The position numbers were made by a program, and so were the translations under genes. Of a DNA stretch of 64,000 bases, positions 43,850 to 56,200 are shown piece by piece. The stretch spans positions 26 to 64,025 of the forward strand of contig JAGOLR010000002.1 in assembly GCA_017993955.1 (NCBI GenBank), in the 5' to 3' direction. This DNA is from Candidatus Omnitrophota bacterium (GTDB lineage: Bacteria; Omnitrophota; Gorgyraeia; 2-01-FULL-45-10). Each line of letters opens with the position of its first letter. Within the stretch, counting starts at the first letter, position 1. Under the pieces are notes generated by a model. The model did not search any database and was not told the origin of the DNA. It saw only the letters and a list, made by a program, of their open reading frames with translations.

Positions 43850-44150
43850 GCAGATGCGATTCTTTCGAACCTCTCACTTTACGCTTTTCGCTTTATCCCA
43901 CCGCGACATCCAGAAGAATGGGGCGGGATTCCACCTCGCCCTTAAAAGATTGTGATAGCGGAAAAAGCCCGTCCTCGCTCCTAAGGGAGCCGCTTGGCAG
44001 AGCCCCCAAAGAAGCGAAGACGGATACCCTCGCTTACGCTTTACAATGGCGGAAGCGGGGTGGGGTAATATCGTCGTTCATAGATCGTAGTTCGTTAAAG
44101 AACGGATAATTTCATTAATTGTCTATCGTTAAAGAACAGCTAATACCGTC

Positions 44151-44270
44151 CGTCATTGCGAGGAACCATCTTTTTATTTCATGTGACGAAGCAATCTCTT
44201 TTTTTAGATTGCTTCGGGCACTTCGTGCCCTCGCAATGACGAAAGAATAATTTCGTGCCCTCGCAATGAC
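44151..44270. repeat. nested-palindromic repeat element, copy 6 (full unit with a duplicated right arm), ending 13 nt from the stop of gene 4
   Basis: cgtcattgcgaggaa...gtgacgaagcaatct-cttttttt-agattgcttcg-ggcacttcgtgcc-ctcgcaatgac-gaaagaataattt-cgtgccctcgcaatgac. Confidence 0.85.
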
Positions 44271-44282
44271 AAATAACGATGA

Positions 44283-47200
44283 TTACGCCGCGGACGATAT
44301 GAGCTCGATCATCGTCTTATACGCTTCGTAGTCGCCGGTTATATCTCTGGGTTCAGCGGGCGGCAGATAGATGAATCTGTTACCTTCTATCTTAAGCCCC
44401 GGTATGCCGAACTCTTCCGCGCTCGATGCTCCGGGCTTACTGACTATAGCCAAGAGCACTTGATATGTATTCATCGTAAGGAGCACTTCTGTCCCGTCCC
44501 TGTCCCTCATCCTTACCGGCTGACCGTCTTTTTTGTAAGCCTGCACCTCGAGGAACTTACTGTCGCCCGAAGGCATGCCGATCTCGTTCGCGGCGGCCCT
44601 TATCCCTATATTGGCTATAGCTGCCTTTGTCTCATCGGCCGCGAGGGCAACTATATCCTGATATGTGCGGCCTCTCTTATCTATGAAGACTATATCGGAG
44701 ACGTCTCCGTAACCCGACGCCCTCACAAAGGCCTTCGCCCTTTCAAGCGAGGCGATCTTATCGCCGTATATGAATACGTTCTTCACGCCAAGGTCCTTCG
44801 CCTTCTTCATATTATCGGCAAAGAACGGATCCTGCTCCGCCACCTTCTCTGTCGTAGCGATAACGGAGCCTTGAGCCACTACCTTCGGCATAGCCATGCC
44901 GTTATATGTAGAGCGTATTACGCTCTTACGCTCTTCCATCTGAATCTTGGCCCTCATAATTATAGGCGACACTTTGGCGGCTATGATAGACCCGTATTCG
45001 GGACCCATCTGATCTCTGTAGGCCTGGTCAAGATTATACCTGTCGATATCCTCAAGGGTATATTTTAACTCCGCCAATATATTCTGCAATTCCTCCAGGG
45101 TAGTATTGCTCACCAATATCTCACCGGCGTCAATGCTTATATTGTCTATGAGATCTTTCATATCAGTGCTCTCGTCTTCGAACAAGCTCTTGTCTATAAA
45201 TACGCCATTGCACCCGTCTTCCGCTATCGTTTTATTAAAGCCCTCCACCCCTTCTGTAAATACCGTAATGGTAGCCATGCCACTTCTTAGATATTGGCCG
45301 AAAATAGGATTATCCTTCATGGCTTCCTCTACGACTATCCTATCCCCTCCCCTGGATACGCCTATAACGAACTTCCCGCCTTTAAGCCGTGCAACCTCGG
45401 TAACTCCGGCTTCCGGCTTGCGCGGTAATTTTATGGAGGTGATCTGCCCATAACGGCCGAGGCTCGCGAGATAGGTATTTAAGTTTGGTATTGCAGTATC
45501 ATAAGGAGTATCAACTATGACTCCTTTTTTGGCCTTTCTCGCATGCATGACCTTCGAAAGCGCATCAACGCTATTCTCCTGTATGTCGCAGAAGCCTATA
45601 TCTAGGCCCGGATGGCCGCTTGTGATTATAGCCTTTAGGTCCTCTATCTCCTCATCTGTCATCACACCCGTAGGTATACCTACCAAGACATCCTGGTTCA
45701 TCACCCTGTTCTGAAAATTGACCACTGCGTTATAATTCAAAAGAGCTCTCATATACGCGCCTATAAGAACCTCGTAGCTTTCTACCTCTATCGGAACCTC
45801 CGGTCTCAGTATCGGCAGAGCGACCTGAGCGGCTCGTAGTGAATGCGGGACATTGTCGGCTGTTTCGGATACGCTGTCGATTATCGACAGGGCGCGCTCT
45901 CTGGTAAGACCGAAATCTCTCATCAGGTCTCCGACACTTAATGACGGGAAATCGTTTACCGCAAGGACATCGGGACTCCTGGCCTGCCCTACGAAGAACC
46001 GCACCTTTATGGGCCTGCCTTCTTCGGCCGTCTTCTTCTCTATGATGAACTTCGCCGTAAAGAGGAAAGATCCGTCGGCCAACTCATCCACAAGACACAG
46101 CTCGTCGCCCGATCTCAATCCGTCGAGCACTCCGGCGTTCTTAGCCTGCTCATAGATAGCATCCAATACATTGGCGGTAGTCCCGCCCTTTGCGTATTCC
46201 CCGGCAAGATACTCCATCATAAGGCGTTCGAGGTTTTCATAGTTTTTCGGTATATTTTCGTAATCCGGATTGTCGGGATCTTCCAATAGCCCGGCCAAGC
46301 GGTTGATCTGCATATTTATCTTGCCCTTGAAAGATTCGCTCACCGTATCTCTGGATATGAAGAACATATAACCGTTCACATCCCTGTTATTCAACTGGCG
46401 GGTCAGGTAGAAAGACTGGAATACGCTGCCCGCACCCCTGGCTATGAACAGATACCTGTCGGTGCTCTCTTTATCGAAATACGGCACGAAGTAGGAATTG
46501 CCCTCGGCGAGTGTCTGGGCGCCGTTATATGAACAACGCGCCTCCCGCCTACGGCCGGGATAAGATTCGACTTTGATGGCCCATGCATCTCCGTATCTTT
46601 CCGGATCCCTTACTATATTAAGAAGACCGGGATACTGCTCGGTGCCGTCACCGTAGAAATATCTTGAGAAATCGTTGTATTCCGCGGAATATTTGACCAT
46701 GCCGTTCATATAGGCCCTGGCCTTTTCCTGAAGTTTTCTCAATATCTCTTCCTTTGTAAATTCCCTGTACTTGCCATCAGGGCCCATCTTCAGATCGGCC
46801 GTGCTGAGCCCGACCCAGAAGTTGGTCAGATTCGCTATATCCATGGCAAATGTTATTCTTATGGCCTTCAACTCGTCATTTATCCTGACTGGCTCGGCGA
46901 CAGCCCTGTCACCTTCCATATTGAGCGCCTGGGATATCCTGTTAAGTATCTGCAGCATTTTCAGGCGTATCTCATAAGGACAATCATCTACCACATCGAG
47001 CATAAGCCTGTAAGATGGCTTCAATTTTGCCGCCAGCCTGAAATATGCGTTCCTGGTCTTTTCCACGTCGTTATCGATGATAAGGCCTGGGTGGGTCCCT
47101 CTAAGTTCGGCGAGTTCCGAATCGACCGCTTCCCATATTATACCGGTTATACTCTTCTTCATAACCGGTGATTGAAGCGCCGGGGGCGGGAGGGTCATGC

Positions 47201-50200
47201 CTATAATGTCTCTTTGGAGCGCGTCGATATCCTCCTGGCTTAAAGGTTTGCCGTCTTTATTGATCTCATATATTATGACGCTGACCCCGTTAAAGATGGT
47301 ATGATTCGGGGTATATACTATGCTTGCGCCGTTACGCCTTATTACTTCCCCAAGACTGGCTATCAGGCCCGTCCTTTCTTCCGATACCAGCATAACGTCT
47401 GTTCGTTCCACTTCTGGCGGGTTTGATATCTTTATGCTTGGGATGCCGGTCTTCTTTACTTCTTTATAAGAATCCACTACTTCGGTAAGCTGCTTTGTGA
47501 ATCTCTCCGGCTGGTCATTGACGATATTCCTGTGGCCTATAGGCATGGAGTTGACCACCGTATTCAGGAATAGCGATATGTCTTCGTCTCCATCCGACAA
47601 TGTATCTATAGCTTTCCCTATCTTCATGTAAGTAACTATGTGCTTGATGCCTCCCCATACAGAGGTGATAGCTACGTCGGTGGGGATTCCGTTTATAACG
47701 CAGACGGCGAATATCACGATAGGCGACAAGATAAGAAATGCCGGTATTATCCACATACCGGTAGGAACGAGGCTTCCCAGCATGACAGATGCCGGCACGA
47801 TCGAGACGAAGGCGTAACGATCCGATCTCATGGAAGAAGGTAATATTATTTCTGACGCGTATGAGTAGAGGGCGGCAAGCGAAGTCAGGGCGAGAGTAAA
47901 TACCATGGTAGCGTTGGCAAATATCTCGTGGATCTGGCCGATCAGGTCGGATCTACCGGGTTCTATGCCAAGTTTTGTATGCAGGAACCAGTGCGCATTC
48001 TCGTGCGCGGATATTAGAGATTTGGTAAAGCCGGAAAGCGATTCGTATTCCCTGGACACCAGAGGGTCTATCTCCACATTATTGGTGGCTGGGTTGTATC
48101 TTACCGGAGGCGCCCTCTCGCCTGGAGTCACGGCTTCCAATCTCGATTGTTTAGAGGCGAGGACATCTTCCAGATTCCGTATAGCGCGATAAGTAACGAA
48201 TAAGAATACAGGCGATGCCAGTAATGCATAACCAGCCAGAACTAGAAGTAGCGGTGACCCCGAGAGATAAGCGCCGCCCATACCCATAAGCCCCGCGGCG
48301 CTTGTCAGCCCGGCAGTCTTTAGTTGACCCTTGGAGGTTATGGCGGCTCTTCTTGCATACCGGATAAGGCCGAGATAGTCATCCCTATCCTGCGCCATAG
48401 CCACTTTGTGAGCATCGTCGAAATTTGCGTATGTCTTGAAGTCGTGTATTATGGCACCGGTACCGTCATATATGGGGACAGGATTACCATGGAGATCGAT
48501 AGTCGAATTAGGCAGAATGCCTTCTCTTATCAGGATATCATTTCTTCTGAGGGCTGCGTAGGCTTTCATCCCCTTTAACCATGTAAGGTCTCCCGTAGGT
48601 ATCTCGGGCGCTACCATACCTGGTATATCCCTATCCTGCGACAAAGGCAACGTCATCTCTTCTGATATAAGAGCATCCAGGGTATCTTTTATGTCGTAAT
48701 ACCCGTATAACCTGTTATAAGGCACTCCCCTTCTGCCGCCTGTGGCCTGCTCTTCCTTTTTACTAAGCCTCTCTATCACGGCCTTCAGCACAGGGTGCTT
48801 TGCGGCAAGGCCTTCCCATAACGTAAGATGCTTCTTATCGCGGCTCAATGCAAGTCCGCCCTTTGTCTTGGTGGGATTGGCCATCATCTCAAATAATGCG
48901 TTTATACCTTCTCTCTGCCGCAGATTAAGATAAGAACCGAACATCTGGACATCCAGCGCTCCCGCAGGATGCAGCAATATAAGATCGTTTATCCTGTGTA
49001 TGCAACCTGTACGGCCGCCTCTCGAATATATATATTTCATAGCCGGAAGCTCCAGTCCAACCTTTTCCGCGACAGGCTGGCCGGCCGGACCTTCGGTTAC
49101 CTTAAGCGTATAGGCATTTGGCCCCTTTATCCAGAAGAGTTCGGCAAACGCGAAACCGTGATTCCATGTAACTTTCTGTTTGTCCGGATTCTCTGTGGGG
49201 ACGAGCTCTCCCTTGTCGTTGAACTCGTATGCGACCCCATATCCGCCATCGACGAATACCACATTCTCAGGGTTGAGCCCGAAGAAAGGCCTGCCGGAGA
49301 GCTTGCTTGGCGACATGAACATTTCGTGTATCTGGGAGGCGATATCATCCGATAGATTAACGACAAGCTTCAGGTTGGCGAATATCTTATTTACGTCGTC
49401 ATCCGATAGATTATGGGTCCTCGCCAGATTGAATATCCCTTGCTCAAGCGCCAGCATCGCTCTCTCGCCTACATTTATCCTCTGAGCATAGGGTGGTATC
49501 TCAGATATAAGACCGGTCCTTAAAGCTATATCCCATATATCTATATTGGCTATCCTGGATTCGTCGGGGCTTATCTCGAAATCTTTTTCGTTTATAGGCA
49601 CCCCCGCCGCCTCGAGAGCATCCCTTCTTTCTTTGAGAGCCTTCTTAAGCGAGTCATACATGCGGCTTGCCTGGCCGGCAAAAGGCATCTGGAGGCATAA
49701 CTCGCCGGATAAAAGCGCGTCTATGGCCTTTCCGTTATCCTGGAAGTCTTCCACTATGGCAAGCGGGGCAACGTCGATCTCTTTCTCCATAGTAAGGGTC
49801 TCTCGCGAATTCAGCTCGTCTATGATAGCATCTACGTTTTGTCTGGATGACCTATCGCTGAACATATCGCCTCTTCGGGACCCGACAAAACTATTTATCC
49901 TCTTACCCATCACTTCCGGCCTATAGCTATATTCCAGATATTTCTCCTGCGCCGCGCGGACACGCATATCTATCTCATCCTGCCCTACTCCGGACGGGAT
50001 AGACGCTTCAATCGCAAGCTTTATAAGAGTGGGGACGAAGAGCCTGTTATTCTCGGATAGCAGGTCTTCATGCAGGAATATTGTGTTTGTGCGTTCGTTG
50101 AAAGTACCCGCAGCCTCTTTTAACTTGGCGCGCAGGCCGTAATTATTGCTCAATAGCGCGAATGGAGGCGCCCTTATAGACTGCGTGCTCAATAATTGAT

Positions 50201-53200
50201 CGAGCACATCCCTGGCGCTGGGCTCATCTATATCGCCGAGGATGTCTATCACAGGCTCTACCACATAACGATTGACTGGCTTTGCCATATCAGGCGTAAG
50301 ATCCTCTAATCTCGATATCTTACCCAGATCCGATTCGAACCTTATGGAGAACTCCATGGCCAAATCTCTTACTTCGTCTTCTTCAAGGACTTCGCCGTTA
50401 CGCGTGACCTCCAGTATGGTTATATTTATATCCCCGAAACGCGTAGATATGGAAGACTGTACTCCCAGCATCTTATCCTCAAGTATCCTGCCCACATCGC
50501 CTATTATGCTCGGTCTTTCCGGAGTTATCTTGGATACAAGCATGATATCGGTGTGGCCTACCGGGACCATCACAGGCCCGCCGGCTGCGTCTTTTACGGT
50601 AACGGTAGGATTTAATACCTTCGAACTCACTCCTTCGCTAGACTTGGTCTTTTTATAAAGATCCAATATATCGTTAAGCTGTTCTCGGAAACGCGCCCTT
50701 TCGGTTACCGATAAGCCTTTCTGGCCGGCTATTTCATGACGCCGGACTATATTCTTATGAGTCTGAGGCATGGCGTGCACTACCGCGTTAAGAAGATTGC
50801 GGGCCTCATCTTTAGATATATCATTTTCACCGGATACTATATAACGTATCTCACTCTTTATTATCCTGTCCGCTGCCGCAATACGGTACGTCTTCCAGAG
50901 AGTGTAAGGCACTATAAATACCGGAGCGATGATCATAGCTATCGCGGCTATTATAGGCGACAGCGCCATAACCGTATTCGCGGCTATCTCGTGCAGATAA
51001 GAATGGTCGCTGTAATTGATCCCTAAGACGGCATGTAAGAACCAGTGCGTGTTCTCATGGACCCATATCATTATCCTGGTGAAACGGGCCATCTTATTGT
51101 ATTCATCTATAAGCATAGGATTTATGTCGACACGGCCGTTCAAAGGATTATAACTGATAGGCAGCTTATCTTTTTCTCCCGCGTCGGCCAGCGTCTGCTC
51201 GAACCTCTTTATCTTAGGATACGTAATAAGGAGGAATGCCGTAGATACTGTCACGCCGTAGTATACACAGAGAAATAGCGGAATACTCGATGATGCTCTA
51301 AGAGATATATAAATACCTACGTAAGCTGACAAAGCCAAAACTGCTATGCCTGTCCAGAATTGCCCTCTGGAAGTTATGGGAGCGGGGCTTTCGACTACGA
51401 ACAAGCCCGGGTCTTGCAGTTTAACACTGGCCGATATCTCACCTCTGTCGATCAGCATGGTAACTATATTGTAAACGGCAAAACGCGCATCTTTATTGCT
51501 AGCCGAAATTACTGGCGTATTATTATCGTCTCTTAGAAGCGTGTGGCCCATTATCTGCGATATGTCGAATTCTGTCCCGGGCTTAAAGTTACCCACTATC
51601 TCTTTTATGATAGGATACAGACCCGCGATCTTATGTAGTTTGGCATCACGTGCCCTTTCGGCCTTAAGATTGGTCTCCTGCTGCCAGGCGTCGAAATTCT
51701 TTCCGGTATCGGCTATTTTCCTGTGCTCAAGATCGTTGACTTTTGTCCCGTCTGGAAGCGCTTTCTCATCCTTTACATTGCCTCTTAGACGATATATGTC
51801 GTCTACTTGTTGCCCTGCTTGATCAATCAAGGATACGTGCGTATAAGCCTCGTCAAAATTGAGCACCCTATTCGGGAAATACCCCACAAGAAGCCCTTCG
51901 CCGCCTTCGAATGAACCGGCATATTTGAATTCGCTCGATTCTACGTAGTAATCTTCTCCGAAGGCCAAAACCTCTCCCTTATCCAGCTCTATGACTGTAT
52001 TAGATAGTATAGTATGCTTACCTATTCTGACAACTCCTTTACCTATGATATTAGTCCTGTATATGAAGAGATCGGCGCCGTTATTTTTAAGTTGCTTTAA
52101 ACGGTTATTCATAAACCGCAGTACCTTGTCCCTGTCTGCCAGATCGCGCGGGTTTGTCATGCCGGGAAGAGCCACAACTCTCCCATCCTTATACATGACT
52201 TCAAGGGTCGTCCTGGGATCTATATAAGACTCCATGACATTCTCGTCTACAGGCGTCAAACCGGCATTCTTTCTATTTTCCGGATCGAAGGCCCTCTTCT
52301 GCGCGGTCTCCAGATAAGTCCATGGATATCCGGCGTCGTTCCATATATAACCCTCACCCAGATTCACTACATATATAGGATATTTAGCGACGTAAGATGA
52401 GGCCAGGTCGTATACTCTCTGGAGGTCCTCGTCTGAAGCTATCTTCTTCCACGTGGCTGGTATCTTGGTCCTGTCTACCTTGCCTGTATCGTCCACGGGT
52501 CTTCTCATCATGGCCTGGCCCAGGGTGTCGAATAAACCGAACCCGTAAGCCTCAAGAAGAGTCAACTTCCTCTTACCGTCCGGGCTATCTACAGCGCTTG
52601 GAACGTTGAATAGATCCTCCAGGTCATCAAGGGCCCCGTTCTCTCCGTCCTTACCTTCTTCCCTGGCCGTAAAGGCAAGTTGGAATGTGTTTATTAGCAA
52701 GGTACCGTCTGTTTTAAGGGCCGTGTCGATTATTTCTTCTATTTTGCCTTTTTCCAGGAAGTCGATGAGACGGCCGGTTTGGGGGTCGGCCGCGAGTATG
52801 CCGAGTTGGGTAAGATTCGCGTCATCTATGCGTTCAAGGATGGGACCAAAATTGGCGGACTCGAATAACGCCCTTATTTTGCTTTCGTCTGCGCCTTGCG
52901 CCCTCAGGTTCCTGGCGTCTTCTACTATCTCGCGGAGATTGTCGGCGCGCGACATGTCATCTTTACCCAGGACCAGCGCCGGCGCACCGAAGAATAATGC
53001 CTTGGCATCGGCTGGTATAGCGGAAATGTGCTTACCTCCTACTGTCATGTAGGATGGCGCTATGTCGTTGTCACTGCCACCCATAGTCTTCCAATTCTTG
53101 CCCCTGCCCGGTAACTGTGCAAGGATCGCAAGCTGGGCCTCGAACTGCATCTCCATGAAAGATTTATTCAATACCCTGAGGCGCCCCTGGAATATCTTAA

Positions 53201-56200
53201 GCAGCGTCAATAGATAGTTCCTTGTCTTCATACCCGCGTCGGTGACAAAGATATGAGACCATTGCTTATTCTGGCGTGCCTTCCTCAGCCCAAGCACTAC
53301 TCCGGTCAGGTCGCTCTTGCCTTCGTCTATATCAAGCTCCACCGGCAACATGCCTACACTGCTGTTACTGAACTTCCTTAGATCGGATCCTATGCTGTCT
53401 TCATAGATCTCTTTCGAAGCCGGCTGTATGCGCCTGAATAGCCCTATGAATGTCCTGTAGCGAAGCGGCAGGCGGCCTTCCTGCGCTAGCTCAAGGAACG
53501 CGCGCTTTAGCAGTATATAGTCCTCCGGAGTCCTGCATAAGATAGGCCTCATCTTCCCTGTCTTTGGATCCGGGGTCTTGTCGAGGATCTGCTTCTTGTA
53601 TTCCAGGACTATACTGGAAGGGTCTTCAGGCCTTGAGGATAATAACCTTAAAATAGTCCTAACAGTCGATATAAGGGCCTGATTTGAATCCAGATTAGCT
53701 GCCAGGAGCGATACCTTATTTATCTCGTTCATGTATATCTGGAGTAATAGCACCCTTGCGCGGGCAGACGGGGCTCTTGAATTTATAAAGCTCTCAGGTT
53801 GCGAAGGCATACCGGCGGATTCGAGCTCTATGTGCATGGCCTCGTGTCTGAAGGCCTCGAGAAGTATATCTATCATAGCCTTCTTCAAATTCTCATCCTT
53901 GAGACTCGCATAAACCGTATTCAGAGCTTGTATATAAATGTCGCTTATATAGGCCTGTTTCCTGCCTCGGCCGGCATGGAGAAGTATATCGGGATGTATA
54001 GTAGAGCCTGAGGCTTCTCTGAATATGACCACGTCAAACTCCTGCTCATCGGCAGGGTTTATCTTAAAAGGAAGTTCACTGCGGCGCTGTCTTATAGCAT
54101 CGAGCAATGGGAGATTCCTTGAGTCCACTTCTATATCTATATCGCCTTCTAAAGGCTTTATAGCCTGGCGCCTATTGAATAACATGGTAGGCGGATTGGC
54201 CTTGTCCTTTATGCGGAAGGCAAGATACTTCGTGTAATAAAGATTCTGGTCTGGAGATATTGGTTCGCCCCTAAGCGTGATACCGCCGCCCTGTACAGGC
54301 GCTTCTGGTGCCGGCGCCAACTCGCCGGCCTTGGGTAAGGCAAATACCAGAGCTGATGTAGACCAGGTCCTTGCCATAGACCTGCCGGTACCGGTCCTGC
54401 CTGCGGCTGAGGCGGTGACGAGCTCGTCATTAAACCTTATATTGGCATCACCGCCGTTAGATAATAGTATGGCATTTATAGCGCCTTTCTCGCGGATCAG
54501 CCTAGCCATCTCCCAAGGCATCCTGCCTTGCCCCTTCTCTCTGTCTCCGGCGACTGTAAGCAATATAAGTTCGCCGTTAGCGCCTATACCCAGGATATTG
54601 TACTGATACTGGAATTGGAGATGCAGGTTATCGTCGAATTCGTCCCGCATAGCCAATGTCTCGTCTTCGGTCTTGACTCGGCCATCTTTCACCAACTGCT
54701 GGCCATAGACTGTTACTGAGACCTTATCGGTTATATCTTCTCCGGAATCGGCTAATATGACTTTATCTTTCGCGCCTTTTACGCCTTTGATAAATAATAA
54801 TCTTTCTATAGTGATTCTACCGTATGGCGTCTTCCAGGCGACCAACGATGTATATTCCCTGGTCTTAAGCCTGCCGCTTGAGTCCGGATGCATGCTGAGT
54901 CCTCTAGAATTAAACTCACCATCAGCATGATATATGACACCGTCTTTAAACATCACGAAGTGGCCGTTAAAATATATATTTGAATGCGGTATTACAATAT
55001 AGTCTCTCCCGGCGATCTCAGGCCTTAATGCATCTATGTGGTCATCAATAGGCTCTAGCGGTACCACCCCTTCCTGAGCTTGGTCGTCTATGCGCATCTT
55101 ATGAGGCAACTCGGAGCGGTCGAAACGCATCCTGCCGTTTATCTCTCTACCATCACTAAGGCGGTCCTGCACATTCAGCAACATTACCGATCCGGATGGT
55201 ATGACCATGCTGAATTCCTGTATCTTGCCTTCCTGCATATGACGCAAGATATCTATGGTTTTAGCGGTAGCGCCTATAAGGTGCATGTTGGACTGGTTCA
55301 GCAATCTGAGCGCGGCATCGAGTATTTCGGGATTTTTATTGAGGTACTCTACGACTTCCTGCTGGGCCGTGGCTTTGCCGGCCTTGGGGTGAGCGGTAAC
55401 GAATTCTTTGTAGTAAGCTATTGCGTTCGAGAATTTGTCTAGATCCCGGAAAAACCTTGAAGCGACGGCGGCGAGTGATGCGGGCGTCGCGCCTGCTGAT
55501 AGATAAGCGCGGCGTATTAAGGTAAATAAAGCCCTGGCCCTGTATGACGGGGCTTGAGAGTCGATGGCAGATTCGTCCTGAGGCGGCGCCTGGGCTCTCT
55601 CAGTTCTTATATGCTCTATCTCATGCCTGAAAGCCTCAAGGACTATTTCTACAAGAGTCTGCCTGTCTTCGTAATCTTCCAGGCTTGTATATATGGCGTT
55701 GAGGGAGTTTATATAGTAGTCATTGATATACGCCTGCCTTCTACCGCGGCCCGGATGCAATATAACATCGGGATGCAGGTTACCGCCTTTTAATATCACT
55801 ACGTCAAAACCGTCATCGCCAAGCTCTCCCCTCTTGGCCCTCAGCATATTCATAATCGGCAGTTCTCTCTTATCCATATACAGCTTTATATCGCCTTCCA
55901 TATCGGATACGCGGTCGCTGAATAAGGTGGTCGCCGCCCCCGGAGTCAATATGATATTTTTTATATCCTCGACGTTAAATCTCTCATGATCGGGTATCTG
56001 TTCGCCGGATATCATTATAGCGCCGCCAGCAGTTTCAGCAGGCAAAGTCCCCGGCTCTGGCAACGCATATTTTGAAAGTACCGTTATGCTATCAGTCAGA
56101 CCTTCGTAATAATAAAGTACGGCCTCGTCTGATTTACATTCACCCCAATCTTTAGCGCGCAACTTGCCAAGCGTATTGGATAAAATCTCTGCTTCGTTGT

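Noticed and set aside
43725-44109. Plus-strand ORFs 43725..43955 and 43918..44109.
   Set aside because: They overlap repeat-element copy 5 and hairpin-rich spacer, have no SD, and their translations are Arg/Ser/Leu low complexity.
43490-44150. Search for tRNA, tmRNA or rRNA in the only sizeable non-coding stretch.
   Set aside because: No T-loop GTTCRANYC, acceptor-stem or anticodon-arm geometry was found; only isolated short hairpins and a terminator.
5779-44270. Possibility that the recurring palindromic repeats form a CRISPR array.
   Set aside because: Copies are scattered over 38 kb with irregular spacing. They are internally palindromic with variable cores rather than separated by unique spacers, and no cas genes are present.
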